Both the position numbers and the translations under genes were made by a program. Positions 49,928-60,054 of a stretch of DNA of 64,000 bases are shown here, one piece after another; position 1 is the first letter of the stretch, and every line of letters starts with the position of its first letter. Source of the DNA: Candidatus Aminicenantes bacterium (GTDB taxonomy: Bacteria; Acidobacteriota; Aminicenantia; Aminicenantales; JAFGBC01); assembly GCA_963702005.1 (NCBI GenBank), contig OY969696.1, positions 2,912,001 to 2,976,000 on the forward strand, given 5' to 3'. Under the pieces are notes generated by a model, which was not told where the DNA came from, searched no databases, and was given only the letters and a program-made list of their open reading frames with translations.

Positions 49928-50836
49928 TCATTCTCCCGATCGGACTTCGAATCCGTACGACTCGAGCCGGGCCTTGACCCGTTGGAGGACCGCGGCGGAT
50001 GGGACCGGGAAGTCCCGCCCTTCGCGGGCTCGGATGAGCCGGCGGCGCTTATCCTGGCCGAGGCGGTGGTAGGGCAGCAGACTGATCCGGCGGACCGAGT
50101 CGAGGGAACGGAGGAACTCGGCCGTCCGGCGGATGTTGTCGTCGTCGTCGTTGACGCCCGGTATGAGGGGGATGCGGACTATGATCACGGCCCCGGAGCG
50201 GGCCAGCCGCTTGAGGTTTTCCAGTATGAGGGCGTTGGATTCCCCGGTCAGCCGGGCGTGTTTCTTGGGGTCCATGACCTTGAGGTCGAACAGAAACAGG
50301 TCGCTGAGGGCCCGGACCCGCATGAGAGTGTCGGGGGGAACGAACCCGCAGGTGTCGACGGTCGCATGGATCCCGCGCGTCCGGCATTCCCTCAGCATCT
50401 CCTCGAGGAACTCGGGCTGGGCCAGCGGCTCCCCGCCCGAGAAGGTGACGCCCCCCCGCGATTCCTCGTGGAAAACGGCGTCCTTGGCGACTTCGTCCAC
50501 GACCTCCAGGGCGGACATCCGGTGACCCGCGATTTCGATGGCCTGAGTCGGGCAGATCTCGGCGCAGGTCCCGCAGGCCTGGCACTTGTCGGGATCGACG
50601 CGGGGCCGCCCGTCCAGCTTGCGGATGGCTTTCTGGGGGCAGCCCAACAAGCACTCCCGGCAATCGCGCAGGCAGCGATCGGGGCGGACGACAAGCTCGG
50701 CGCCGGGACCCTGGCCCTCCGGATTATGGCACCAGAGACAGTGCAGAGGGCAGCCCTTGAGGAATACGGCCGTCCGGATGCCCGGTCCGTCGTGCAGGGC
50801 GTATTTCTTGATATCGAAGACGATGCCTTCGCTCAT
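49928..50836 (-). CDS. Glycyl-radical enzyme activating enzyme (radical SAM with ferredoxin insert)
   Basis: HDGPGIRT.VFLKGCPLHCLWCHNPE; two extra CxxCxxCxxxCP-type motifs; GGVTFSGGEP; LLPYH. Confidence 0.95.
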   Translation of the reverse strand: MSEGIVFDIKKYALHDGPGIRTAVFLKGCPLHCLWCHNPEGQGPGAELVVRPDRCLRDCRECLLGCPQKAIRKLDGRPRVDPDKCQACGTCAEICPTQAIEIAGHRMSALEVVDEVAKDAVFHEESRGGVTFSGGEPLAQPEFLEEMLRECRTRGIHATVDTCGFVPPDTLMRVRALSDLFLFDLKVMDPKKHARLTGESNALILENLKRLARSGAVIIVRIPLIPGVNDDDDNIRRTAEFLRSLDSVRRISLLPYHRLGQDKRRRLIRAREGRDFPVPSAAVLQRVKARLESYGFEVRSGE

Positions 50837-51552
50837 GTGTCCTTGGCCGGGGTTTTTCGGCCGCCGGCGCCGGCCGCCCCGGGGTAGTAGCGGACGATGA
50901 ACCGCTCTTGGGTCCGATAGGACCAATGGACGTCGCGGATGAACCGGGCAGCGTCTTCGAAGCGGCCCTGGCGGAGGTGATCGAGCAAGTTTTCGTGCTC
51001 GCCGCAGGACGCCTCCTCCCATTCCTTGACCCAGCTCTCGGGCCGGGGAAAATCATAGAGCCGCTTCTTAAGATTGTTGATGATCTTGACGAGGGATTCG
51101 TTGCCGCAGGCGCCGAGGTAGCTGTTATGAAACTTGAGGTTGCGGTCGTAGTAAAGATCGAAGTTGTCTTCGGCCAAGGCCTTGCGCATGCCATCGCAGA
51201 GCTTTTCCATGCTCTTGATGGCGGCGTCCTTCAGGTTATCGCGCGACAGGAGCAGGGCGGTCGCTTCCAGGGCGCCTATGATTTCATAATAATTCTTGAT
51301 ATCCTTGAACCCCAACGGATTGACGATGACGCCGCGCCGGGGAAGGATGGTGACGAAACTCTCCATCTCGAGCTGCAGCAGGGCGTCCCGGAGAGGTGTC
51401 TTGCTGACACCCAGCATGCGGGACGTCTCGTCCATGTTGATCACGGAACCGGGCAAGAGATGGCCTTTGTGCATCTCCTCTCGGATATATTCGTAGACCT
51501 GCTCTTTCAGGGACTTGATATTCAGGAGCGGCTTCTTTCCTCCCGAGTTCAT
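50833..51552 (-). CDS. GntR (FCD subfamily) transcriptional regulator
   Basis: SLKEQVY, LGVSKTPLRDAL winged HTH; N..FH and EH..L FCD motifs. Confidence 0.93.
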   Translation of the reverse strand: MNSGGKKPLLNIKSLKEQVYEYIREEMHKGHLLPGSVINMDETSRMLGVSKTPLRDALLQLEMESFVTILPRRGVIVNPLGFKDIKNYYEIIGALEATALLLSRDNLKDAAIKSMEKLCDGMRKALAEDNFDLYYDRNLKFHNSYLGACGNESLVKIINNLKKRLYDFPRPESWVKEWEEASCGEHENLLDHLRQGRFEDAARFIRDVHWSYRTQERFIVRYYPGAAGAGGRKTPAKDT

Positions 51553-51579
51553 ACTAACTCCTCCAAATCCTTGTTATGT

Positions 51580-51664
51580 AATATATCAGATATCATTGAC
51601 CTTGTCAAATAACAAGGGTTTTAGCTTCATGTTCCCTCATTTGTCCTCCGATATTAGATATCAT
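51580..51664 (-). promoter_or_regulatory. Promoter of gntR-activase-hypD with two candidate GntR operators
   Basis: TTGACA-17-TATATT (51608-51580); near-palindromic TATATCAGATATCAT (51582-51596) and GATATTAGATATCAT (51650-51664). Confidence 0.65.
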
Positions 51665-51767
51665 AAGAATTTTGAGATTATAAGATTCACCAAACTAAGT
51701 CAAGACAATCCATTTCTAAAAATATATAATTTTGCTGCGAAATATAAATACCGGTGGAGGTATTTTC

Positions 51768-52196
51768 ATGCTTAAGGGAATCTCTCCTTTGCTGAGCCCG
51801 GACCTTCTAGCCGTCCTGAGCCGCATGGGACACGGGGATGAAATCGTTTTAGCCGATGCTCACTTCCCCGGCGAGAGCTCGAATCCCAGGGTCATTCGGG
51901 CCGACGGCCTCCGGATCGCCGACCTGCTCGACGCCATCCTGCCCCTGTTCGTCCTAGACGACTATGTGAAGGACCCGCTGACCATGATGGCGCCCGAACC
52001 CCGCGACACCCTCGACCCGGCCGTTGAAAAGTCTTTCCGGGATGCCGTCGACAGGCACGCGCCGAGAACGCCGCCTATCGCGAGGATCGGCCGCCGGGAA
52101 TTTTACGAGAAGGCGCGGAGAGCCTACGCCGTGGTCATGACCGGCGAAACGGCCAAGTACGCGAACATCATCCTCAAAAAGGGCGTAACGATCTGA
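51768..52196 (+). CDS. fucU: RbsD/FucU-family sugar mutarotase
   Basis: [36 protein letters not shown]...YAN..LKKGV. Confidence 0.9.
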   Translation: MLKGISPLLSPDLLAVLSRMGHGDEIVLADAHFPGESSNPRVIRADGLRIADLLDAILPLFVLDDYVKDPLTMMAPEPRDTLDPAVEKSFRDAVDRHAPRTPPIARIGRREFYEKARRAYAVVMTGETAKYANIILKKGVTI

Positions 52197-52213
52197 GAAA
52201 TCAAGCGGCCTGA

Positions 52214-52296
52214 GTCAACCCTTCGACACCCATACTAAGCCGTTTTCGGCTTAGTATGATTACTGCAAGGCTGGGTAGCGTCGGCGAACGGGTCAA
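52214..52296. mobile_element. TTGAC-bracketed hairpin element, copy D (83 bp)
   Basis: GTCAACCCTTCGAC-core hairpin-TACTGCAAGGCTGGGTAGCGTCGGCGAACGG-GTCAA; supplies the stop codon of the UroD-family gene. Confidence 0.85.
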
Positions 52297-53411
52297 AGCC
52301 CATAGACGCAGGACCGTCCGGCCGCGGCGTAGATCGCGAGTTTTTCGGGCGGCGTATCGAAGAAGTGGTCCGAGAGGGACAGAATATAGCCGCCGTCTCC
52401 GCCGACCTTCTCGAACAGCTCCCGGACCTTGAAACGGATGAGGTCGGGAGCGCCGTCGTTCAAGACCTGGTTTTGATCCAGGCCTCCGATGAGCGCGAGC
52501 CGACCCCGGACCTTGGCGGCGAACTGCCAGGGTTCCTGGTTGCCTCCGATCGACGGCGGCGCGAGCGTCTCCGAGGCGTCGCAGCCGTTGGCGACGATGT
52601 GCTCTTCGATCCCGAGCGTCCCGCCGCAGGTATGGTAGACGATCCTGAATCCCAGCCCGCGCAGCGCCTCGTGGAGTCTGCGATCGTAGGGCAGGCAAAA
52701 AGCGGCATGGAGGGCGGGCGAGATCAGGGTCGAGGAAGCCGCTCCCCCGCCCGTCTCGACCAGGTCGAAGCGGGCGCCTTTCATGGACTCGACGAAGCGG
52801 AGCTTTTTTTCGAGAAGGATGCCCAGAAAGCGGTGGACCCAATCCGGCTTGTCGAAGGTGGCCAGGATCAGGTCGTTGGCGTCGGCCAGACAGCAGGCGT
52901 GCTGCCAGCAGCCAGCCTGATCTCCCCAGACGTAGCCGCGGACGATGCCGGCGTCGCCGACGGATTCCGAGAGCGCGGCGACGGCCTTGAGATCGCACTT
53001 GGGCACGGGCATGTACTTGCCGACGAGCTCGATGTCCTCGTCTCTTTTGACAAGATATTCGGTTATCCAGGTCGTTTGGAGATTCCCCTCAGTCTTCCAG
53101 GTCAGTCGACCTTCGGGCGTCGTGACCGTGTAGCGGACGATCCGGCGCTCGAGTTCTCGGCTCAGGACATCGGCTTCGATCCGCCATTCCCCGGTCGAGG
53201 TGACGGAAACGAGCGCTTCCTCCTTGGAGCGGCCCGCGTTTTCGGAGTACTGGACCTGCGCGTCCAGTCCGAACTTGACAAAGGCTTCGAGCTCGCCGAT
53301 CCCCCCGAGGTAAGCGGCGAGATGGTAGGGCTGCCACTGATGGACGGTCACAGGCAGACGGTCCGGCTTGCCCCTGTCGAGGGCCGTAAGAAGTCTTTGG
53401 CGGGAGGTCAT
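52293..53411 (-). CDS. Uroporphyrinogen decarboxylase / MtaA-CmuA family TIM-barrel protein
   Basis: MTSRQRLLTAL...PDRLPV, ISP..., YHTCG, LIGGLDQ, GGYILSLSDH; ATGA-coupled to the serine dehydratase gene. Confidence 0.88.
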   Translation of the reverse strand: MTSRQRLLTALDRGKPDRLPVTVHQWQPYHLAAYLGGIGELEAFVKFGLDAQVQYSENAGRSKEEALVSVTSTGEWRIEADVLSRELERRIVRYTVTTPEGRLTWKTEGNLQTTWITEYLVKRDEDIELVGKYMPVPKCDLKAVAALSESVGDAGIVRGYVWGDQAGCWQHACCLADANDLILATFDKPDWVHRFLGILLEKKLRFVESMKGARFDLVETGGGAASSTLISPALHAAFCLPYDRRLHEALRGLGFRIVYHTCGGTLGIEEHIVANGCDASETLAPPSIGGNQEPWQFAAKVRGRLALIGGLDQNQVLNDGAPDLIRFKVRELFEKVGGDGGYILSLSDHFFDTPPEKLAIYAAAGRSCVYGL

Positions 53412-54976
53412 GGCCGTCCCTTCGCTCGTTTGGTCCGGACCGACAGGCTCCGGGCCGAGGGCGCGAGCGCGATGCCGCCGCGGGCCGTGCAGCGGAGCTC
53501 GCAGGGCAGCAGGAGGCCCGTCGCGAAAACGGCGTCCACGGTTTCGTCGAGCGGGATGGGATTGGCGTAGCCGCCCAGGACGAGATCGGCCGCGCCGAAA
53601 GCCGCCGAGGCCGCGGCGGCGTTCCTGGTATGACAGGGGATTTCGCAGAAGCCTTGGACCAGGTCGCAAACCGAGCCCATCGTATTCTGGAAGGAGATCG
53701 CGGCCGCGTCCAGGGCGCTGCGAACGCTCCCGCCGGCGGCCTCGACGACCGCGGCGGCGGCCATGGCCCCGGCCGCTCCGATCTCGACCTGGCAACCGGC
53801 TATTTCCGCCGCGAAAGTCGCCCGTTGCGAAACGACGAGGCCGATCGCGCCCGCCGCCATGAGGGATAACGCGACGCTCCGAGCGGATAGGGATTTTTCT
53901 TCGGCCAGGGTCAGTAGCGCCCCGGGGATAACCCCCGACGAGGCTCCGGTCGGCGCGGCGCAGACGACGCCGCCCGAATTCGAAGCGTGGAGGGCGGCCA
54001 TGGCCCGGGCCGCCGCCCGCGCGTGCGGCCCTCCTATGGCCAGCCGGCCCGCGGCTTCGGCCTCGAGGATTCCACGGGCCGCCGGCCCGAGAAGTCTCAT
54101 CCGGACGTTGTCGTCATCGAGCCCGCTGGCGACCGCCGCCTTCATGATCTCGTAGCGGGCCAGGATTTCGGCCAGAATTCGGTCTTCGTTAAAACCGAGG
54201 AGACGCGATTCGTAGGCCAGGGCCGTCTCGCCCAAGGACCACCCGTTCCGCTCGGCGCAATCGGCCATCCCGGCCGCATCGGAGAACAGGGCCTCTCCCC
54301 TCTTAACGAAGAAGAGCGGAGCGACCGTCCGGACGGCACGGACGCCGGAGAGCGATCTCAACTGATTCACAAACGTTTCATCGAAAGGCTTGTTGTTCTT
54401 GAAAGTCAGCTGAACCCCTCCTCGTCCCGGCGACCTGACGGTTTCGACGCGGCCGCTTGAAACGAGGATGCTTTCCTCGATTCCTGAGGCCGAGCCCGGA
54501 TCGGCGCTGACGAGAAGGTCGAAGGACTTTCCATTCAAAGAGGCGGGATAGCCGTCGACCTCGCTGATAACGACGCCCCCGCCGCCGGTGGATTTGGCCG
54601 TCGCCGCCAATCCTCGGCCGTCCCTCGAACGAAGAACGATGCAGACTGTGTTGGGGTGATCGGCCCCCTCGAGCTTCTCGGTCCGGAATTCGACGGAGAG
54701 TCCGGCGTGCTCGGCCTTGCCGAGGGCGTCGAGGAAACGAACGTCCGTAATCTCCCAGCCCAACAGGCCCGCCGCAAACGCTCTGTCGGCGCCCTGCTCG
54801 CGAAAGGTCCGGGCGTAAGAACCAAGGGGGTCGAAGCTGAAGGCCGCCGACTCCGGAGCCGCCCCTAAAAGGGAGCGGGCCATCCGCCCGATGTGATAGG
54901 ACCCCGCCGTGTGCGAGCTCGACGGCCCGCGCATGACGGGACCCAGAACGTCGTTGAGGATACTTAGAAATTCCAT
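53408..54976 (-). CDS. Fe-S-dependent L-serine dehydratase, fused beta-ACT-alpha architecture
   Basis: GPVMRGPSSSHTAG, HPNT, STGGG (beta); APTGASSG, AGCQ.E, CD, PC..RN (alpha, three Cys). Confidence 0.9.
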   Translation of the reverse strand: MEFLSILNDVLGPVMRGPSSSHTAGSYHIGRMARSLLGAAPESAAFSFDPLGSYARTFREQGADRAFAAGLLGWEITDVRFLDALGKAEHAGLSVEFRTEKLEGADHPNTVCIVLRSRDGRGLAATAKSTGGGGVVISEVDGYPASLNGKSFDLLVSADPGSASGIEESILVSSGRVETVRSPGRGGVQLTFKNNKPFDETFVNQLRSLSGVRAVRTVAPLFFVKRGEALFSDAAGMADCAERNGWSLGETALAYESRLLGFNEDRILAEILARYEIMKAAVASGLDDDNVRMRLLGPAARGILEAEAAGRLAIGGPHARAAARAMAALHASNSGGVVCAAPTGASSGVIPGALLTLAEEKSLSARSVALSLMAAGAIGLVVSQRATFAAEIAGCQVEIGAAGAMAAAAVVEAAGGSVRSALDAAAISFQNTMGSVCDLVQGFCEIPCHTRNAAAASAAFGAADLVLGGYANPIPLDETVDAVFATGLLLPCELRCTARGGIALAPSARSLSVRTKRAKGRP

Positions 54977-55015
54977 GGGCGCGCCGCCATTATAGCCCAA
55001 TTCCGGGGGCGCGCG

Positions 55016-55450
55016 CTAAGCGGAGGGACGTTTATGATTCAGGCCCGCGAGGACGCTCTCGAGCTCCTGCACTTCGAACGGCTTCTGGATAAAGGCCAAG
55101 GGCTTCGTGGTCCACGCCCTGTCCATGGTTTCAGGATCGCTGAAAGCCGTCAGGTAAACGACCGGGATCCGGAAACGAGCCTGGATCGTCCGGGCGGCGC
55201 GGACGCCGTCGATCTTACCTTTCAGCCTGATATCCATCAGGATGACATCCGGACGGACCTTCCCGGCTTCCCTGATCGATTGCTCCCCCGAGGTCACGAT
55301 CCCCAAAACGGTGTGCCCGAGCTTGGTCAGTATTTTTGTGATGTCCGAGGCGATGATAACCTCGTCCTCGACGATCAGGACCTTGACGCCGGACCCGTTA
55401 TGAGGCGTCGCCCTCGGCGATCTGCTTTTGTTCAGACAGAGGGAGCCCAT
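55016..55450 (-). CDS. Single-domain response regulator
   Basis: LIVEDE, LMDI, YLTA, KPF; similar to the REC domain of the gene at 41346. Confidence 0.9.
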   Translation of the reverse strand: MGSLCLNKSRSPRATPHNGSGVKVLIVEDEVIIASDITKILTKLGHTVLGIVTSGEQSIREAGKVRPDVILMDIRLKGKIDGVRAARTIQARFRIPVVYLTAFSDPETMDRAWTTKPLAFIQKPFEVQELESVLAGLNHKRPSA

Positions 55451-55577
55451 TTGTTTTCACGGATTTAGTCGTAGCAACCGGATAAAGATTGAAAGCCGGA
55501 ATCCGAGCATCCCTCTCCGGATCTCGGGCTAAGAGAGGCCGAAGCCTCCTTTATGGGGGGAAATACGGTGTGTCGGA

Positions 55578-55654
<77 letters not shown>

Positions 55655-55665
55655 GTGCCGAGTTT

Positions 55666-55752
55666 ATTATATCAAAACCGGACCTCTTGTCAAAAGCTTT
55701 CTTGCCATCCCCTTCCAATTCCTTGACAAGGCTTTAACGCCCTTTCTATAAT
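55666..55752. promoter_or_regulatory. Back-to-back consensus promoters for tRNA-fMet (-) and nuoJ (+)
   Basis: Minus strand TTGACA-16-TATAAT (55693-55666); plus strand TTGACA-18-TATAAT (55723-55752). Confidence 0.8.
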
Positions 55753-55765
55753 GACTCCACCTGAT

Positions 55766-56260
55766 ATGACTTCGATCCTCTTCCTGCTTCTCGCCCTGAC
55801 AAGCGTCGGCGCCGTCCTGGCTATGCTCCTGAGCCGCCGCCAGACCTACGCCGCCCTTTTTCTCGTCTTGGCTTTCGCCGCCCTGGGCGGCATCTTCGGA
55901 TTGCTCGACGCGCCCTTTCTGGCCGCCGTCCAGATCCTGATCTATGCCGGGGCCATCATGGTCCTGTTCATCTTCGTCGTCATGATGATCGACCCGCGCC
56001 GGAACCTTCGTTCCGAACCGAGGGCCTGGTTCCTCCCGGCGGCGATCATTCTTTCGGTCTCCCTCCTTGTTGAAATCTTCTGGGCGGCTCGCGGTACGCT
56101 TGTCCGGCTGGGCGAAGCCCAGGCCTGGTCGTCTTCGCCGGCCGAGATCGCCCGCCTCCTGTTCTCGAAATACCTTTATCCGTTCGAGCTCGCATCTCTC
56201 CTGATCCTGGCGGCTCTGGCGGGCGCCGTCGTCCTATCCCGGAAAAAGGACTCTCCGTGA
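55766..56260 (+). CDS. nuoJ: NADH-quinone oxidoreductase subunit J
   Basis: FLAAVQILIYAGAIMVLFIFVVMM, YPFELAS; start taken downstream of the -10 box. Confidence 0.93.
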   Translation: MTSILFLLLALTSVGAVLAMLLSRRQTYAALFLVLAFAALGGIFGLLDAPFLAAVQILIYAGAIMVLFIFVVMMIDPRRNLRSEPRAWFLPAAIILSVSLLVEIFWAARGTLVRLGEAQAWSSSPAEIARLLFSKYLYPFELASLLILAALAGAVVLSRKKDSP

Positions 56261-56559
56261 TTCCCCTGGCTTGGGTCCTCGCTTTGAGCCTCGTCCTGTT
56301 CGGGCTCGGCGCCGTAGGCTTCCTGATAAAAAAAGACCTCCTGAGCCAATTCATGTCCATCGAAGTCATGCTCAACGCCGCGGGCCTTGCCTTCGTGGGC
56401 TTCGCCGCGGCCTCCCGCGACCTCTCCGGCCAAGTCATAGTCTTCTTCATCATCACCGTGGCCGCGGCCGAGGCCGCCCTCGGTCTGTCCATCATCCTCC
56501 TCGTCTTCCGCAGGAAAAAGACGGTCCGGAGCGACGACATCCGGCTGATGAAAGGCTGA
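56257..56559 (+). CDS. nuoK: NADH-quinone oxidoreductase subunit K
   Basis: MSIEVMLNA, GQV, VAAAEAALGL. Confidence 0.95.
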   Translation: MIPLAWVLALSLVLFGLGAVGFLIKKDLLSQFMSIEVMLNAAGLAFVGFAAASRDLSGQVIVFFIITVAAAEAALGLSIILLVFRRKKTVRSDDIRLMKG

Positions 56560-56563
56560 TGGG

Positions 56564-58462
56564 ATGAGCGCCTTGGCCCTCATTTTAGTCATCCCCGCGG
56601 CGAGCGCCCTCGTCCTCATCCTGGCCGGGAAAAAGCTCCCCCGCGTCTGGATCGGACTTCAAGCCTGCGGGGCCGTCCTGGCCTCATTCCTGCTCGGCGG
56701 CTTGATCTTAATCCGAAGTCTCCAGGCCGGATTACCGGACGGGGGCCGGATCGAAACGTTCTTCAGCTGGATCCGGGCCGGGGCGTTCGACGTCTCGGTC
56801 TCTCTCAGGCTCGACAGCCTCAGCCTGCTCATGATTCTCGTCGTCAGCGGCGTCGGTTTCCTGATTCACGTCTACTCGACGGGCTACATGGCCGGCGATC
56901 CGAGCTATGCGCGCTACTTCGGGCTCCTCAACCTGTTCGTGTTCGCCATGCTCATTCTGGTCACGGCCTCCAACCTCGTCCTGATGTTCGTGGGCTGGGA
57001 AGGCGTCGGCCTCTGCTCCTACCTCCTGATCGGGTTTTGGTTCGAGCGGGACGCCGCGGCCAAGGCCGGCCACAAGGCTTTCCTCGTCAACCGGATCGGC
57101 GACGCGGGCTTCATCATCGGAATCCTCTTCCTCCTCGTCACCGTCGGGAGCGGCGAATTCGAGGCCGTCGAAAAGGCCGTCGCCGGCGGAGTCCTGGCCC
57201 CGGGCTTGGCAACCCTGATCGCCCTTCTCCTCTTCGCCGGAGCCACGGGCAAATCGGCTCAGATTCCGCTCTATCTCTGGCTGCCCGACGCCATGGAAGG
57301 TCCGACCCCGGTCAGCGCCCTTATTCACGCGGCGACCATGGTTACGGCCGGCGTCTATCTTGTCGCCCGCCTCCACGTCCTCTACTCCTTCTCCGAGACG
57401 GCCTCCCTGGTCGTGGCCGTCATCGGCGGCCTGACCGCGGTCTACGCTGCGTCCATGGCGCTTGTTGAGAACAACATCAAGAAGGTCCTGGCCTATTCGA
57501 CGATCTCCCAGATCGGATATATGTTCATCGGCTGCGGCGTCGGCGCCTACGCTTCCGGACTATTCCATCTTTGCACCCATGCGTTCTTTAAAAGCCTCCT
57601 CTTTCTCGGCGCCGGCAGCGTCATGCACGCCCTGGCTGGCCAGGCGGACCTGCGGCGCATGGGCGGCTTGCGCCGGGATCTCCCCAAGACCCATTTTGTC
57701 TTCCTGGTCGGAACCCTGGTCATCGCCGGAGTCCCCTTCCTGTCGGGGTTCTTCTCCAAGGACGCCATCCTGACCTCGGCCTACGCAAGCGGCCGATACG
57801 GGATCTGGGCCTTGGGCGTCTTCGCTGCTTGCCTCACCTCCTTCTACATATTCAGGCTCTACTTTCTCGTTTTCTGGGGAGAGTCACGGCTCCCCGGGCA
57901 AAGCCGGAGTCACATCCATGAATCTCCCGCCTCAATGACCGTTCCCATGGCCGCCTTGGCTTTTCTCTCGGCCGTCGCAGGATATATAGCGTTGCCGGCC
58001 GTTTTCGGAAAAAACGCCGATCTTCTCGGCCGATTCCTCGGGTCGGTTCTCCCCGCCTCCGAAGGAGCTCGTCTCACGGCCGGGGCGGAATGGCTCTTGA
58101 TGTCCGGCTCCGTGCTCGCGGCCGCGGCGGGAATCGGCATCGCCTATATCTTTTACCAAAAAAATCAAGCGCTGCCGGTCCGTTTGGCTCACAAGCTCTC
58201 CGGCCCCTACCGCCTCCTGGCCCGCCGCTATTATGCCGACGAGGCTGTGGACGCCGTCATCGTCCGCCCGCTCCTTCAAGGCGCCCGGGCCGTTTACGAG
58301 CATTTCGACCTCAAGGTCGTCGACGGGGCCGTGAACGGGGCGGCTTCGGCCGCGGAATTCCTGGGCCGGACCGTTTCGGTCCTTCAATCGGGATTCCTCA
58401 GGGATTATGCCTTGCTCATTCTGGCCGGGGCCGCCGCGGCCCTGGCCGTCTTTCTATTCTGA
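56564..58462 (+). CDS. nuoL: NADH-quinone oxidoreductase subunit L
   Basis: GWEGVGLCSYLLIGFW, NRIGD, KSAQIPL..WLPDAMEGPTPVSALIHAATMV, HAFFK. Confidence 0.96.
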   Translation: MSALALILVIPAASALVLILAGKKLPRVWIGLQACGAVLASFLLGGLILIRSLQAGLPDGGRIETFFSWIRAGAFDVSVSLRLDSLSLLMILVVSGVGFLIHVYSTGYMAGDPSYARYFGLLNLFVFAMLILVTASNLVLMFVGWEGVGLCSYLLIGFWFERDAAAKAGHKAFLVNRIGDAGFIIGILFLLVTVGSGEFEAVEKAVAGGVLAPGLATLIALLLFAGATGKSAQIPLYLWLPDAMEGPTPVSALIHAATMVTAGVYLVARLHVLYSFSETASLVVAVIGGLTAVYAASMALVENNIKKVLAYSTISQIGYMFIGCGVGAYASGLFHLCTHAFFKSLLFLGAGSVMHALAGQADLRRMGGLRRDLPKTHFVFLVGTLVIAGVPFLSGFFSKDAILTSAYASGRYGIWALGVFAACLTSFYIFRLYFLVFWGESRLPGQSRSHIHESPASMTVPMAALAFLSAVAGYIALPAVFGKNADLLGRFLGSVLPASEGARLTAGAEWLLMSGSVLAAAAGIGIAYIFYQKNQALPVRLAHKLSGPYRLLARRYYADEAVDAVIVRPLLQGARAVYEHFDLKVVDGAVNGAASAAEFLGRTVSVLQSGFLRDYALLILAGAAAALAVFLF

Positions 58463-58464
58463 CC

Positions 58465-60054
58465 ATGATACCGCTGTTGAGCCTGCTGACCTTCGCCCCG
58501 CTCGCGGGAGCGATCCTCATTATCCTCCTCCCCGGCCGCGCCAAGGGACTGCTCAGAACGACGGCCCTGGCGGTGAGCCTCTCCGTCTTCGCCCTGGCCG
58601 TCGTCATCTTTATCCGCTTCGACGGGATGTCCGGCGCCTACCAGTTCGTCGAGAAGAAGGCTTGGCTCGGCTACGGCATCCACTACAACGTCGGCGTCGA
58701 CGGGATCAGCCTGACTCTCATCCTCCTCACCGCCTTCATCTTTCCGCTCGCCCTCCTCTCGGCCCATTCGGCGGTCGGGGAACGCGTTAAGGAATTCCTC
58801 GTCTTCATGCTTCTCCTCGAGACGGGAATTCTGGGCGTCTTCGTCTCCCTTAACCTTTTTCTGTTCTATGTCTTCTGGGAAGCCATGCTCGTCCCCATGT
58901 ACTTCCTGATCGGGATCTGGGGAGGCGGCCGCCGCGTCTACGCGACCCTCAAGTTCGTCCTGTTCACGATGGCCGGGAGCCTCCTCATGCTCGTCGGCAT
59001 CCTCGTCTTGTTCGTCCTTCACGCTAAGGCCACCGGCGTTTACTCCTTTGCCATCGCCGACCTGGAAGGGATGGTCCTCAATCCGAGGCTCCAGACCTGG
59101 CTCTTCCTGGCCTTCGGCCTGGCCTTCGCCGTCAAAGTGCCCCTCGTCCCCTTCCATACCTGGCTCCCCGACGCCCACGTCGAGGCGCCCACGGCGGGCT
59201 CGGTCGTCCTGGCCGCCGTCCTCCTCAAGATGGGTGCCTACGGCTTCCTCCGCTTCGGCTTGCCCTTCTTCCCCGACGCGGCCCGGCGCTTCCTTCCCGC
59301 GCTCTCCATCCTCGCCCTGGCCGGGATCATTTACGGCGGACTGATGGCCCTCGTCCAGAAGGACATCAAGGCCCTGGTCGCTTATTCGAGCGTAAGCCAC
59401 ATGGGGCTGATCATGCTGGCCGCTTTTTCGCTGAGCCTCGAGGGAATGGAAGGGGCCCTTCTCCAAATGGTCAACCACGGAATCAGCACGGGCGCTCTGT
59501 TCCTTGCCGTCGGCGTCCTGTACGAACGGGCTCATACGCGGCGCATCGACGACTTCGGAGGGGTCGGCCGCCTCATGCCCATCTTCGCGGCCCTGTTTCT
59601 CGTCAGCCTGCTGTCCTCGATGGGCCTTCCCGGCCTCAACGGGTTTACCGGCGAAATCCTCTGCTTCTTCGGCGTGTTCCGGGTCAGCCGCGGGCTGGGG
59701 ATCGCCTCCGTCGCGACCGTCATCCTGGCCGCCGCCTATCTCCTCTGGATGTTCCGCCGCGTCATGCAAGGCCCCGTGACCAAAGACGCGGTCCGTTCGT
59801 TCAAGGACATCACCTTGAGGGAAGGACTGGTCCTCGTCCCGCTCGTCGTCGTCATGGTCTGGATCGGGATCGCCCCGCGCGTCTTATTGAGCAAAATGGA
59901 TGCGTCGGTCGCCGCCCTCACGGCCAAACTCAAAGCCGGCCCGACCGCCCTCTCGGCGGAGCGCACGCCCGCATCAGCCCGCCCGATCGTAACGGCCAAA
60001 GCGCTCCCGACGGCCGCCTCCGAAGCCGGCGGAAAGGAGACGCGCAGGCCGTGA
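58465..60054 (+). CDS. nuoM: NADH-quinone oxidoreductase subunit M
   Basis: FYVFWEAML, KVP..PFHTWLPDAHVEAP, LKMGAYG, AYSSVSHMG, GLPGL.GF.GE. Confidence 0.96.
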   Translation: MIPLLSLLTFAPLAGAILIILLPGRAKGLLRTTALAVSLSVFALAVVIFIRFDGMSGAYQFVEKKAWLGYGIHYNVGVDGISLTLILLTAFIFPLALLSAHSAVGERVKEFLVFMLLLETGILGVFVSLNLFLFYVFWEAMLVPMYFLIGIWGGGRRVYATLKFVLFTMAGSLLMLVGILVLFVLHAKATGVYSFAIADLEGMVLNPRLQTWLFLAFGLAFAVKVPLVPFHTWLPDAHVEAPTAGSVVLAAVLLKMGAYGFLRFGLPFFPDAARRFLPALSILALAGIIYGGLMALVQKDIKALVAYSSVSHMGLIMLAAFSLSLEGMEGALLQMVNHGISTGALFLAVGVLYERAHTRRIDDFGGVGRLMPIFAALFLVSLLSSMGLPGLNGFTGEILCFFGVFRVSRGLGIASVATVILAAAYLLWMFRRVMQGPVTKDAVRSFKDITLREGLVLVPLVVVMVWIGIAPRVLLSKMDASVAALTAKLKAGPTALSAERTPASARPIVTAKALPTAASEAGGKETRRP

